From: Octopus sinensis
Lineage: Eukaryota
Assembly (NCBI RefSeq): GCF_006345805.1
Contig: NC_043006.1
Span: forward strand, 5,952,001 to 6,016,000
DNA: 64,000 nucleotides
Reading direction: 5' to 3'
Shown here: positions 1 through 13,022 of the stretch, piece after piece
Layout of the letters: each line of letters starts with the position of its first letter
How positions within the stretch are numbered: position 1 is the first letter of the stretch
The notes under the pieces: model-generated
The model's database searches: none
Seen by the model: only the letters and a program-made list of their open reading frames with translations
Told to the model about the DNA's origin: nothing
Program-made: the position numbers and the translations under genes

Positions 1-911
1 AGACAACTCTGCTTTTGATTCTTGGTAGAGTAGATAAACTGAAAACCTGTCAGATAATTGAGTTAACCCTTTCGTTTCCATATTTAGTTTGAAATACAGT
101 AATTTTGAAAATGAAAATAAATTTAATATAACTTTGTACTTATTAATCTGGAGTTTGGAACATAAATTAACTTGGTGGAAAATTTCAATTTAGATTACTT
201 TACTACATGGAGTTTGCATCATAGAACGAGAGACTGCTTCATGTGAGTTAATATCACATGCAGAGAACTCTATCCTTTCACACAATCCTTCTCTCTCCTC
301 ATTTTTTTCTTTTTATCAGACATTAACTAAACAGTATTTATTATATTTTGCGTCTAACTACCATAATTTAAAAATAAAAGTAAGAGAAAATACACTGATA
401 CATTTATAGAATGAAACGAAAATACTGAATAACTCTCATGCACTTTATGCAGACTTGTGTATTCCATATAGACACTACATGTATTACGTAATTTGCATAC
501 TCCATATAAACGTAACATGCATTACATACACATTCTATATACACACCTCACTAGAAAAGTGAGGTGTGTCAGAGTTTAATATTTTGGGAATAAACTTAAA
601 TTACCCCACTTTACTTTAAACGTCACAGCTAAAAGAATATCAACTAACCAAAGAAGACTTACCAAAGATTCGATCTTTTCAGCTAAATAAACAAATAACT
701 TAGAATGCGATGGAATATTTTTGTCGAAAACAAAAGCATAATTAAAATAATATTAACGATAGCCACAATATGGTTTATTGAATAGTTGAATATTTCAGTC
801 TGTGGTAGTACGTCTTATCGGTTAATTCATGAAGATTTGGAGTCAGTTCTTACTGATGCCTGGATTTTAGTACTCTTTATTTCATTTTTGCATACACCTA
901 AGTAACTTTTT

Positions 912-1102
912 TCTTTACCTGTTTCAATCATTTGGCTGTGGCCATGCTGGATCGACCCCAGGACTTATTCTTTGGAAGCCTAGTACTTATTATATCGGTC
1001 TCTTTTTGCCGAACCGCTAAGTTACGGGAACGTAAACACACTAGCATCGGTTGTCAAGCGATTTTTTTTTTGGGGGGGGGACAAACACAGACACACAAAC
1101 AT

Positions 1103-1154
<52 letters not shown>

Positions 1155-1316
1155 ACACACGGCGGGCTTCTTTCAGTTTCCGTCTACCAAATCCACTCAC
1201 AAGGCTTTGGTCGGCCCGAAGCCATAGTAGAAGACACATGCCCAAGGTGTCACGTAGTGGGACTGAACCCAGAACCATGTGGTTGGTAAGCAAGCTACTT
1301 ACCACACAACCACATC
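912..1316 (-). mobile_element. tRNA-derived SINE, family A (internal CA/TA microsatellite)
   Basis: Minus strand reads a tRNA-like head (A-box TGGTTGTGTGG, B-box GGTTCAGTCCC), a CCTTGGGCA core segment and a tail shared with at least 7 other copies in the window. Confidence 0.85.
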
Positions 1317-1424
1317 AAATTAAATTCTTGGTACATTGTTTTAAATCTAAATTCAAAACCTAGTGCTAGATATAATAAACCCATCTGCCTTTTGAGATTT
1401 TAAGCATTAAGTTGACAATATTTC

Positions 1425-1530
1425 ACCAAACTTTCGGCCGAGGTTGACTCTGCCTTTCATCCTTTAGGGGTCAATAAAATAAGTACCAGTTGAACACTGG
1501 GGTCTATGTAATCGACTCATTCTATTACCC
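1425..1530 (+). mobile_element. Partial SINE family B
   Basis: GCCGAGGTTGACTCTGCCTTTCATCCTTT...AAGTACCAGTT...CTGGGGTC matches the full copy at 60888-61100. Confidence 0.7.
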
Positions 1531-2005
1531 GAACTTGTTGACCTTGAGCCAAAATTTGAAATCAATATTTTACCAAATTCCAGTCAAATCTAGAACATTT
1601 CTTTTTGTTCGTTTTCAGTGTTTATATCATCTAATACAGAGTTGTTTAAATTGCAAATTAATTGAAAATCAATAATATATTAGGAGTGATATAGGGTGGT
1701 ATGACCAAAACTACCTCATTTTGGAGATGGCACTGAAACGTGGCCATCAACATGACTAAAAACCAAACTCTAAAATCACTACAATATAATTATAAAAGTG
1801 CAGAAGTTCACAGTGTTTTAGGTCGATAATACCAGGCATTCATTAATTTCCATTCTTTTAAAAACCTCCGAGTCATATTTGATCATAAAGCTGAAAGAAA
1901 ACTCGTTATCTCTTACAGAAATTGACTCTGAAGAAAGTTTCAGATAAACAAATAGGATATCTTGGAGACATTTCGTCATAATTTAGATTATAATTGATAA
2001 TCAGC

Positions 2006-2173
2006 GTGTGTGTGTGTGTGTGTGTGTGTGTATGCATGTGTATGTGTGTGTGTGTGTGTGTGTGTATGCGTGTGTATGTGTGTGTGTGTGTGTGCGTGCG
2101 TGCGTGTCTGTGTGTGTGTGGTTGTGTGCGCGTGTGTGTGTGTGTATGCGTGTGTATGTGTGTGTGTGTGTGG

Positions 2174-2213
<40 letters not shown>

Positions 2214-2487
2214 CGTGCGTGTCTGTGTGTGTGGTGTGTGTGTGTGTGTTGTGTGTGTGTGTGTATGCATGTGTATGTGTGTGTGTGTGTGTGTGTGTAT
2301 GCGTGTGTATGTGTGTGTGTGTGTGTGTGCGTGCGTGCGTGTCTGTGTGTGTGGTTGTGTGCGCGTGTGTGTGTGTGTGTCTGTGTATGTGGTTGTGTGT
2401 GGGGGGGGGGTGCGTGTCTGTGTGTGTGGTTGTGTGCGTGTGTGTGTGTCTGTGTCTGTGTATGTGGTTGTGTGTGTGTGTGTGTGT
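2006..2487. repeat. Compound (GT)n microsatellite
   Basis: About 480 bp of GT/GCGT/GTAT repeats. Source of the spurious VCVC/HTHT ORFs. Confidence 0.97.
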
Positions 2488-3167
2488 TCTTTAAAAGAAA
2501 ATTTTCTTATCGTAACTGACGTTTATTAAGTGAGGGGGGCGAGAAGAAAACCTAAGGTAGCTTAGATAGTCACTGGCGGCAAAAATAGCTGAACGAACTG
2601 GTAACATTCTGGTTTATCAGACATTGAAGACAGTAGTTTGTGGTCTAGTCATGTTGAAATAATAGCTTAAGATGCCATTACATTTCTGGTATTCTTTTAT
2701 CTGTTTTTGTCTGTTTTGTAGGAATTCGCCATTGTTCAAATCTAACGAAACATTAACATACTTGTAAACTATCATATAAGTTAGATAAAAAATATTGGAA
2801 ATCGCTTTAGTTTTTGGTGTTTTGTTAACATTCCACCTGAACAATCATAAATTCCCATATCAATAAAGTGCATGCGTTACACTAAGATATATAATACTCT
2901 CGCCTCCAAAACTTTCAGATGTCAGCCTGTCTCTGAAGCTATTATTATACGATACGGATTATGTAACGCACGGCATAACATTAATAATGAAATATTCCAC
3001 TTCAGATCTAAATATTTTGCAGGATTCGAACGCCGCATCTTTTATAAATCGTATCGTTGTGCTGATATCTAGGCGCAGGGTGTGTGGTTAAAAATTTCGT
3101 TTTGCAACCATGTAGTTCTTCTAATTATAGTGCCGAGCCAACCTTGTGAGTGAATTTGGTATACGTA

Positions 3168-3384
3168 CGAGGAGAGGCTGAAAAGTTCCTGGCTTTGGGT
3201 AAAAGAAAATACACGATTATCAGTTAATTATCATTTTATTCAACATATTTCCCCTCTTAGATTCACACTCTTATTGCAGCAGTCCTTCAGTTTCTGTAAG
3301 CCTTGTAAAAGAACTCGGTGTTTAAACCTCCAGCCAGGCCTTTCGCAATACCCTTAAAGCCAGGAACTTTTCAGTACCCTCTCG
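3168..3384. mobile_element. Mariner-type MITE
   Basis: TIRs CGAGGAGAGGCTGAAAAGTTCCTGGCTTT / AAAGCCAGGAACTTTTCAGTACCCTCTCG. TA on the left, TG on the right. No coding capacity. Confidence 0.8.
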
Positions 3385-3389
3385 TGTAT

Positions 3390-3405
3390 AGATAGATAGA
3401 CAGAC

Positions 3406-3444
<39 letters not shown>

Positions 3445-3511
3445 CGACAGGATGGCAAACAGACAGATAGATAGATAGATAGATAGACAGACGACAGGAT
3501 GGCAAACAGAC

Positions 3512-3548
<37 letters not shown>
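3390..3548. repeat. (GATA)n/(GACA)n microsatellite
   Basis: Direct reading. Confidence 0.95.
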
Positions 3549-5779
3549 TGTGAGGTGTGCGTGTGCGTAGTGAGGGTGGGGGTGGGCATGTTAGTCTCTC
3601 ACCGGTATAGAATAAGTACCGAAAGACTACGATCGTGAATACAAGCGGCTGAAATGGGATTCTCCCTAAGGATCTCTGAAGTAATGTTACACAACAGGAT
3701 GCGTAGCTCGGGGATCTGGGAACTTCTCCAGATCGTGCTGCTATTCCTTTGCATTCTTCAAGCCGAGTCTAGCCTGACTAAAATAGCTTGGACACCAAAA
3801 CTGGATCAGATCCTAATGGATTGGAATTATGATCCTTTGATAAGGATATCTGGAACTTCTTTTTACGATATTACCGCTCCAGAATAGTTTAAATCAAATT
3901 ATGATTCAATATAGAGTTGTTAGAGCAAGTATTAAGTTGACCAAAATCGTCCAGCTGGCGGAGAAGTAATCATATGGACCAACTCAGGTATCTTATATAC
4001 CAATCATCATTCCCAGGTCATCTTCTAGAAGTATGATCGATGTCATTGTATCAATCCTTATACGATAAAGAGTTTAGGTAAAAGAATTCACTCAGTTGTC
4101 CGTATATTTTGAATATACACAAATCCAGATACCTGTAAAGAAATGGAAGTGAGATTGTGTGGAGTTCGGAGATGTCTCAAAAGTTTTAATAACCCAATAT
4201 AAATGAAGTAAAGAAACGGACTGGTTAGTACATCTCTCACTCGGTGGTGTTTTGTCATCCACAGATTCAAATTAGTATCTTTTAGTTGATTGGAAATATC
4301 CTGCGATTTAGTACAGAAATGAGAATTATAAACCATCGGTTAATTTTACAGGACTGCTGTTATATGTATGGCATCATTCCACTTTGTGATATCAAGTTTC
4401 ATTTTGGTAGATTGTGATTTTGAAAGTTAAATACTTTGGTTAAATACAACACCTAGCACTACCACTAGTGACATAATACGAACCACCGACTTTTTGGTTA
4501 CTTATCGACCTGGTCGTCTATAGCACCCAGCATTAGACCACATCAATGAAGCGAAACATGTGTTAGAATAAGATTTAAATACCACAAGTTATAATTAGAA
4601 AACGTTATTTCTGTTTCAGTGGTGTTAATTAATTAATATTCAGCTGTTAATCAACTGATACTCCGCACGGCAATCACATACACGCAAACGTGCATGCATG
4701 CATATTCAAGTATGTGTATGTAAATACGCCTCAAAATGTATGCCTTCATATTAGAGAGAGAGACAGAGAGAATTTAACGGTCAAAATTTCTAATTGTCAA
4801 AATTTCTAAATACCTTGGATTCTAGGCTAACTTAACTTTAAATTGAAAATAGTCACTCTAATGAATTGTACCTCGAATTTGTTAGACAGGTCACGGAAAA
4901 AAATTCGTAATGAATTATATCGAATATTGCATTCACACTTTTCAATCAAGAATTCTTTTGAAATCAAAAACTGTTGTCAGTCACGTGTTTGTTACCGAAT
5001 TCTATTCTCTAAGAATGATGAAGTGTTCTGTTCAGCCTCAATAATACAAACAACCCAAACTAATTCTGTTGCTGGCCACTTCGTTGTTCTATCATTGAAT
5101 CTTCTGGTTTTTGGTTTCTGTTTTCTTGACAACCTTGACAAATACAATGTTCTGAAATATAACTCTGCTGGAGGATAAACGGTTTTTTTTCTACCATTCT
5201 TTAACAATCAGCTGAGGAAATAACGTGTTATTTTTTTTAACTCTATATCGATTTTAACATTTTAATTAAAAATTTTCAGTAGAAAGAAAAATACGTTTTA
5301 AAAAATGCTTATAAAATAAATAGAAAGCGAGGTAGAGAGAGTGAGGGAGGAAATTAAGGATTGGCATTAAGGATAAAATAAGATATATAAGGATATAGTG
5401 TATAAGAATATAATTACAAAAATAACCAAGAGGATAAATAAATAAATATATAAAGGTAAATAAGGAGAGAGGAGGAGGAGGAGGAGGAGGAGGTAAAGGA
5501 AGATAACGTGAAAAAAACAAAATAAAGTAAAGAAGCGGAGAAAGAAGCTGAATGTTAATTTATTTAGGAATAAGAGTTAGAATTAAATATTAGGGGGTTT
5601 ATTAGGTTACGGTTTAAAAATAAATTAAAGAATTAATATTTATCTTATAAAGTGATGAGGTAAAGTTGATAGAAGAGATACACAGGGGTATGTATTAACG
5701 ATCGTGGAGGTTTGTATGCGAGTGTTATTCGTTGGGGGTAAATTTACATTTGGATTTATGGAAGGATTTAAAAGTGTGG

Positions 5780-7395
5780 AAGAATTTGTGTTTACACGTT
5801 GTGAAGGCTTCGTTGTGTTTGTTAAGGAATTGTGGTGTGTTATGGGTGAAACTTTTGAGGGCTTCTTTTAAGCAGAGTCCACAAGCGGAGTGCTGGCCCT
5901 GACATGGGATACCAGAATCTATTATAGCCCGGGATAGTCTATATTGTATTTCTCAATTAATTAGATAGTGTACGTGGTTGGCTAGTGATGTGGAATTGTT
6001 ATTCTCTTTATATTTAAACGAGTTTAAATGTGCATAATATCTTTGCTTAAAATTTGTGGTAGTTCCAGTGTAGTAGCTAAAGGTTTGCAGCGGGCAGACA
6101 TTCCCAGATCTGCAGTTGCAGCTATCAGTTCTACGATGGTAAGTTTGAGAGAGAGATGAGGTAGTGCTACCAGTGGACAGGCGAAAGGTATGAGGTGAAT
6201 CGTTCGTGATATTGCTGTAATCATTGCCGTCATTTCTACTATCAATATCAACCCCCATCGTTACCATTATTATTATTATTATCGTTATTGGCATCGCTAT
6301 TATAATTATCATTAGTAGTAGTAGTAGTAGTAGTAGCAGCAGCAGCAATGGCAGTGGAGGTGGTATTAGTGATGTTATTATTTACAACTACCAATAGTAG
6401 CGTTTGTAGTAGGAGTGTCGGTGGTAGTAGTATTTTCAGTAATAGTAATATTGCCGTTGGTGCTAGTATCAATATTATTGCTAGTCCTATTAGTAGATGT
6501 AGTATAGGTATTATTAGAAGTTGTGGTTATAATATAGTTAGTACTGTTAGTATCAGTATGCCTATTGGTGCTTGCGTCGGTTTCAACTGTGCGCCCGTTA
6601 CCGTCCGAGGTGGAGATTATATTATGTATGTTTAAGTTATTTAAAGCGGTAGGGCCAGGGGTATTGGATATGTTATTGCGAGCAGTGTTAGTGTTTTCGC
6701 TGTGTAGGTCTATAGTAGGGTTGTATGCATTAAGATAGTAAGAGCTACGTTTACATTTGTTAGATGAGGGGATAATAGATTCTATATTTAGTGCAGAAGT
6801 ATAGGATAATTTCAGAGTGGATCTGTTGAAGATAGAACGATACTTGTGGTTACGTGAGAAATTAGTCTACTATTTCAAAGAATGCTTTTGCGAGGCCCTT
6901 AACGTTTAAAGCGAATCGAGGTGAATACTATCGAATAGATCTCCCACCACTCTTATGAGGCAAATTTGAGGAGGTGTGATTTCTAGTGTATGTTAGAGGA
7001 GAGTTAGAAGGCTTGATATTAGTATTCTTAGATCGAATGCTATGCGTATGGGTGCTAAGTGGGCGAGATTGTCTAACCATAGTGGGAGGGTTTGGATATC
7101 CAATATGTGTGCACGCTTGTCTAGAGTTTAGAGAGGTGTTCTTTAAATCTAGTGTTGGGTATAAATTTAATCTGCTGGGAGAAACCACTAGCAGCTAGAG
7201 CTTGGTTGTAGTAATTGGTGTAGTTATTGAAGATTTCCTCAGTGACGGATAGATCAGATATTCTGATGTATATGCCTTTGATTACACTCTCGAACGTAAA
7301 TTTATGGTGGCTAGATTCGATGTTGATGTACTTAAGGTGTTGATTGGGTTTATGATATCAGAAGTAGAGTGAAGAGTTTAAATCATAAACATCAC
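5780..7395 (-). mobile_element. Decayed Penelope-like element (RT thumb, linker and GIY-YIG remnant)
   Basis: Manual minus-strand translation gives YHKPNQHLKYINIESSHH...YNQALAASGF, HKYRSIFNRSTLKLSY, CNCRSGNVCPL..YYTGTTTNFKQRYYAHLNSF..STSLANHVHYL and CGLCLKE. These are PLE RT-thumb and GIY-YIG motifs, interrupted by stops and low-complexity DNA. Confidence 0.8.
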
Positions 7396-8719
7396 AATTT
7401 CCCTCTGCTCTCATCTTAAAATAAAAGGATTTCGCGGTGAAGCAAAAACATATCCAATAGCTTTGTTTGTAAACAAGAAGACTAAATCACATTTTGTCAA
7501 AAAAAAATAATTATGTAACACAATCTCTGAATCCAATAAAAACTCGGTTTCGAGTATCTAATAAAGCTTCAAAGCTGATAACTGCATGTTGTGTCTACAT
7601 TGTATTTGGGGGAAGTTAATACTCCCTGCACTGACAAGGGTAGCATTTCCTGCACATGGAATAAAAGGAAAGAAACAAAGTTCATTAACTGCAATACCAG
7701 TCACCGATAATACAAATAAACGCATAATTATTAAGTTTATGGTAAAAATATATTGGAAAATTTAACTTTTTCTAGGATTCAGAAAACAGTCAGGCTTTTT
7801 TTGTCTTTCTTTGTAAGATATGTTGCCAAAGGCTTCTTCATGAAGATTTTATGCTTTGTAAATCCCTTTCAAAGTGAACAATGGCTGAAGAAACGCTTAA
7901 GTTTGTGAAGGTTTTCATTATTAAACGAAACGTTGACAGTAAAAAGTAAAAGGTTATACTTGGTAGGGATGGAGCACGGGCATTGTTTCTACAATGGGTT
8001 GTTCCAACGGATCCAAGGACTATTACCAAACTATATCTGGTGCCATTTTAGTATTCATAGGCAAGTTTCAGCTGGGAAATGCATGCCTTTAATTTTGAGC
8101 TCAACTCTTCAAGAATGTTGGAACTTTATTAATTATAAAAAAATCTCGTCCATTAAATACAGAACTTTGAACAGAATTAGAAAGTTAATCTGAAGATGTC
8201 TTATATTATCGGTCACAATAGTTATCAATTGGAATTGCTTTGAAGAGATTTTTTTAATAAAATGTAAGTTTTAACATTTCTAGATCAATATTCTTAACTT
8301 GCAACAAATAACTTTAAAGATAGATTTCATTAACTTGAGTGGTTAGTATGAGCAGCAGCCTAAATATGCGACTTACATTGTAAATGGATCCAATTTAAGT
8401 TTTTTTAAGGTATAAATATGTTTTTGCTATTTTAATTACATGAGAGCGTTGAAGTATCAATTATAAAGTGACTATGTGAGTAACGAATTCTATAGGGAAA
8501 TGTTTATCTTAGGGAATATTACAAAACATTTTTATAAAAGAAAACATTCCGAATCAATTCAAGAATATTTTTATAGTATTTAACCCAGCTTAGAGATCCA
8601 TTCGGAGAAAAGGGAAGAAATGTTACAGTTAAAGGAGATAAACACTCTTTCACTGAACTTGCGATACTGCTCTCAAAACAACTTTTTGGAATGTCTCTCC
8701 AATCTGGGCTTAGTGCTTA

Positions 8720-8835
8720 AAAACTCACACAGATTTTAGCCGACGAGAATAATCTGTCATGGCGCCGAATTTTCCATATCACGTGATTTCGGCCAACCGA
8801 CAGACGATATTCGTCTGCTACGATCTAGGTGAGGG
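8720..8835. promoter_or_regulatory. CpG-rich candidate promoter or first exon with E-box
   Basis: CpG-dense patch with TCACGTGA (8779-8786), overlapping ATGs in CATG (8758-8761), a minus-strand donor GTGAGT at 8728 and a plus-strand donor GTGAGG at 8829. Confidence 0.3.
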
Positions 8836-9006
8836 CTTTTATGCACCAAGCGCCTATAAGAGGGGGTCTCTCGATAATGCAGTATTCGGCGCTCTGACAA
8901 GACATCCATGTTAAGTTGGATATTCAAATTAATATTAGTTTGATTTTTAATACTTTTATTACAATTCGTGAGTGTGAAACTGAAATCTCTACTTTTATTT
9001 GTGTTA

Positions 9007-9420
9007 CGAGGGACGTTCAATAAGTAATGCCCCTGACCCACTTGCAGTCGTTTGATCTAGCTGAAATTTTGTCTGTGCAATTATTTATATCTCTATAGAT
9101 TAAGTGGCAAATTACAGCTCTGAAATAATTGTGGTTTCTGATTTACAGGTGTTTGAACTGAGTCAAGTGTGAAATGGAGCCTGTTGAGTGTCGAGCAGTG
9201 ATCCGGTTTTTGTATTTGAAATGACGCACACCAAGGGAGACTTTTGATGAAATGAAAGTAACTTATAGTGATGATGCCCTATCATATGACCTTGTAAAAC
9301 GCTGGCATCGTGAATTCAAACATGGTCGGAACTCTGTGGAAACAGCTCCCAGATCTGGTCGCTCCCTTCTGCCATTGATGAGGCATCTGTCCGTCAAGTT
9401 GAGGCTGCCATTTTGGAAAT
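9007..9420 (+). mobile_element. 5' fragment of a mariner transposon
   Basis: TA-CGAGGGACGTTCAATAAGTAAT TIR, then MEPVECRAVIRFLYLK*..TFDEMKVTY..YDLVKRWHREFKHGRNSVETAPRSGR (mariner HTH region). Truncated. Confidence 0.85.
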
Positions 9421-9482
9421 TTAATATTTCTGATTTTGGTGAAAAAATATATATATATTTACGAGGTCTAGACAAATATCTT

Positions 9483-9562
9483 CAGCTAGCAGGCCTTGCT
9501 ACTCTAGACTAATGATGGGCAAGACCCAGAAACGTGCATGTCTCTAGATGCAGGCCTAGCTG
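9483..9562 (+). ncRNA. Type I hammerhead ribozyme-like motif, extended stem I, core CTAATGA (G5A)
   Basis: TCTAGA-CTAATGA-TGGG(CAAGA)CCCA-GAA-ACGTG/CATGT-C-TCTAGA, with further stem I pairing TGC/GCA, GGCC/GGCC and CAGCTA/TAGCTG. Confidence 0.65.
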
Positions 9563-9782
9563 TTGGGGATGTTTGTCTCCCCTTCGCAAATATATAAGGA
9601 CACAGGAAATGTGTCAATGCCGACGGGAAGCGTCGATGCTTCCTAGGGCTAAACAGCGGTGATGCAATTGCCTTTACGGGACTGTCGCGTTAAGTTGACA
9701 GTATACAATCACTCTATCGCTCCACCACCGCACATATCTCTGTGAGATATTTAGAAATTTAATATTTATATATATATTATAT

Positions 9783-9846
<64 letters not shown>

Positions 9847-10117
9847 TAAACAGTAAAAATAATTACAGACATGGACAAGAACATGAAACAACACAGAGAC
9901 GACACAAGAACCACAGGACGGGACATTCGAAGCCCTCAGTCATCAGTCAAGAACCAGATCATCTTAGCAATTTCGGCTGATTAATCTTGAGATTGCTCCG
10001 ATATGGCCAGCCCGCCAAGGGAAATCTAAGCCAAGCGCATATATATATGCGTGTATATATATATACACACACACTAGTGGTGCCTCATCATGGCCACAGC
10101 CTTAGAGCTGAGACATA

Positions 10118-10593
10118 TCTATATATATAAAACTGTAGTTGTGTGAGTGTCTGTCCCCTTCGATTTAGATTCCTAACTACTCCCACATTTTGCGGTGCAG
10201 TTTAACCAAATTCGGGTATCTTATAGGCGTGATTCATATCGAGCCCGTCTGTGTATTAGTGCGCGTCTACGATGAGTCTACGATTTAAAAAATAATTTAA
10301 CATCATTTTTTATTCCATTTTAATGCATAATTTTTCGTGTGTCGATGGCGGCGGAGTTGGCGTCCATGGTCACACCTGCACCTGTTTGCTTCTCCCCCTT
10401 CTTCCCTCCCTCGTGAAGCTGTGGGGAAGAGAGTGTAAGGAAATCAACGTCGTAAAGCGTTGTCAAGGAGACCAGCGTTCTTTGAAATGGCTAAGAAAGC
10501 CCGAATTGGCATCTATAAGGGAAGTAACTCTCTAAAAATGCTTATATAGTTATTTCCCTTACAAACCCGAGCAACGCCGGGCGATACTGCTAG
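10118..10593 (+). mobile_element. Non-autonomous Helitron-type element
   Basis: A^TC 5' end, subterminal hairpin CCCG-AGCAACGC-CGGG and CTAG^T 3' end. Confidence 0.8.
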
Positions 10594-10659
10594 TAAGAGA
10601 ATAAAAGAATATATATATATGTATGTATATATACATGTATATACACATGTATATACAGT

Positions 10660-11085
10660 ATAAACACAAACCTCGAATCTGCTACATTCTAGATAAATTC
10701 CCTACTGGGAATGGCCAACTTTAAGAGAATCTTACATTGCTTATAAACTCTACATCTGGATGGACTCACATTACACTCTGTTGGACTTTTGGATTTTTAC
10801 TCAAAGGATATTGGAATATTACACTTATATACAATTATGCCTATAAAACGGATTTATGAACTCAATAACCATACATACCTTACATCTATTTTCTTTCCCC
10901 GAATCACTCTCTATTTGCATCACATCGAAACTAACTATGACTTAACTTTTCCTCTCACACCGTCTCCGATTAAGGAATATTATTAATTAATTAATATCCT
11001 AGAAACAGCTGTAAGACCTTCTATTTATAAATGCTCTAATATCTATACAGCCTTGGTTTTTTTATCTCATTACACAAAAAAAAAT
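10660..11085 (+). mobile_element. PLE pLTR-like fragment with decayed hammerhead motif (10962-11017)
   Basis: Homologous to both arms of 25711-26050. GTCT-CCGATTA-A-stem II-GAA-ACAGCTGT-A-AGAC. Confidence 0.55.
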
Positions 11086-11106
11086 CATATATACATGTAT
11101 ATATAT

Positions 11107-11406
11107 ATCACCGTGACCGACCAGGCTATCAGATGTTGCTACACATTGCTGGTCACAATGCGTTTCGCATTGTTTTAGCCTTCAAATGACGCCACCCCGC
11201 TGGCTAAGCGAGCAGGCCAACAGAAGAAAGAGTGAGAGAAAGTTGTGGCGAAAGAGTACAGCAGGGTTCGCCACCAACCCCTGCTGGAGCCTCGTGGAGC
11301 TTTAGGTGTTTTCACTCAATAAACACTCACAACACCCGGTCTGGGATTCGAAACCGCGATCCTACGACCGCGAGTCCGCTGCCCTAACCACTGGGCCATT
11401 GCGCCT

Positions 11407-11410
<4 letters not shown>
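11107..11410 (-). mobile_element. tRNA-derived SINE family C, tail type 1
   Basis: Head GTGGAGGCGCAATGGCCCAGTGGTTAGGGCAGCGGACTCGCGGTCGTAGGATCGCGGTTTCGAATCCC has A- and B-box-like motifs. Near-identical copy at 47460-47762. Confidence 0.85.
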
Positions 11411-11444
<34 letters not shown>

Positions 11445-11446
<2 letters not shown>

Positions 11447-13022
11447 AAACAAGTCAAAAATAGAAAATGCTAAAATAATTTTATAGTGAACATTTCAGTA
11501 CCGGTTTCGGTCATTTTGAGACCTTTTCAACTGTAACGATTAAATAATTAAATTTAGAAAAATTAGAAGAAAAGTTTTTTTAAAAGAATATTTCTATAGT
11601 AGTGTTCAGATTTAAGTGGCATTCTGCCTTTCTCTGACTCCCTTGTTTGCACTTGTGTGTCGGAGGTCGTTGTGAGTTCTTGGAAGGGTAGTAGAGGAAG
11701 AAGGCTGGTGGGGAAAGGGGGATGGGAGAATCTGGGAGTGCCCTGATGGTCGTATTTTGAATGGTCAGTGGCGGCTGGCAGTCTCAGTTCAATTCAGGAG
11801 AATATTTATATTGACAGGCTTGTTTATAGAATTAGCGTAGGTTTATAGAATTAGCGTAGGTGTTATACTAAAAAACATTAGTGACAAAGTTAAGGGGTAG
11901 GGGGTGGAGAAGTAGGAGAAGAAGAAGAAGAAGGAGAAGAAGAAGGAGAAGATGACGATGATGGTGGTGGTGGTGATGATTATGACGACGATGATGATGA
12001 TAATGATGATGATGAAGAAGAAGGAGGAGAAGGAGAAGATGGTGGTGATGATGGTGGTGATGATGATGACGACGATGATGATGATAATGATGATGATGAA
12101 GAAGAAGAGGAAGAAGAAGAAGAAGAAAAAAACAGAGAAGGGGGAATATGAATGGGTGTAAGTATAGCTATGAAGGGGCTGATTAGTAATGGATTCTATG
12201 GAGTGTAATATTTGTGTGTATATATATTTTTTTCTTTTATTCTAAAGTTGAGGTATATTAATTGTTTGTCGTAGACCCGTTTAGAAGTGGCTTGTATTTT
12301 GTAATAAAGAGATTTTCTTTACTTATTCGTTGTCTCGAGGTTGTATCGTCCCTAAATTGGTAGAGGGGGAAAATTCTGAAGTTTGGTGATTTTTGTTGGC
12401 GCAAGTATCTATGTGTTGGCTAAAAGCTATTTTTCTGTTTTGGGGAATTTTTATCTGGGATCTGTGCAGGGCCATTCGTTTACGCAAACCATTTTTTGTT
12501 TGGCCTATGTACTGCTCTTGACACCCGGAGCAGGTTAGTGAGTATATTAGGTTCTCCGAAGCACATGTGAAGTTGCTTTTCACTGTAAACCGTTGTCCCT
12601 GCTTGAAGGAGAACTCTGATCCCTCAATTAGATAGTCGCATATCCCGCAATTGGGTCTTCCACATTTTTTTACTGTCGGCTTCTGTGTTGAGGAGTGAAT
12701 TCGGGCTTGTGTAAGGAGACTTTTCATGGATCTAGGCTGTCTTTTGCTTTTTATGATCGTGTGTGTTTGGAGGATTGTGTTCATTCTGTGGTCTTTTTTA
12801 GGAGGGGTATGTTGTGGAGGATGGTGTCGAAGGCTTCGTTATTGAGAGGGTTGTGTGTGGAGATGTATGGTAAGGCTTTTGGTTGTAAGTTTTTCTTTGA
12901 TTTGGGATGTCTCAGTTCCTTGATGTTAAGTTGAAGGGCACGTTGAATGCACTTGTCAATAAGTGAAGGTGGATAGTTCCTGGTGATTAGGGTATCTAAT
13001 AGTGGATAGTTCTGGTGATTAG

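Noticed and set aside
63-210. TTAA-CCCTTT piggyBac-like terminus
   Set aside because: No matching opposite end or transposase could be located.
9900-10040. CTGATGA on the minus strand in a pLTR-like segment
   Set aside because: Followed by CGAATG rather than GAAA, and no consistent stems.
11330-11410. tRNA gene-like sequences (also 14125-14203, 47690-47762, 61560-61630)
   Set aside because: They are SINE heads that lack an acceptor stem and continue into SINE bodies.
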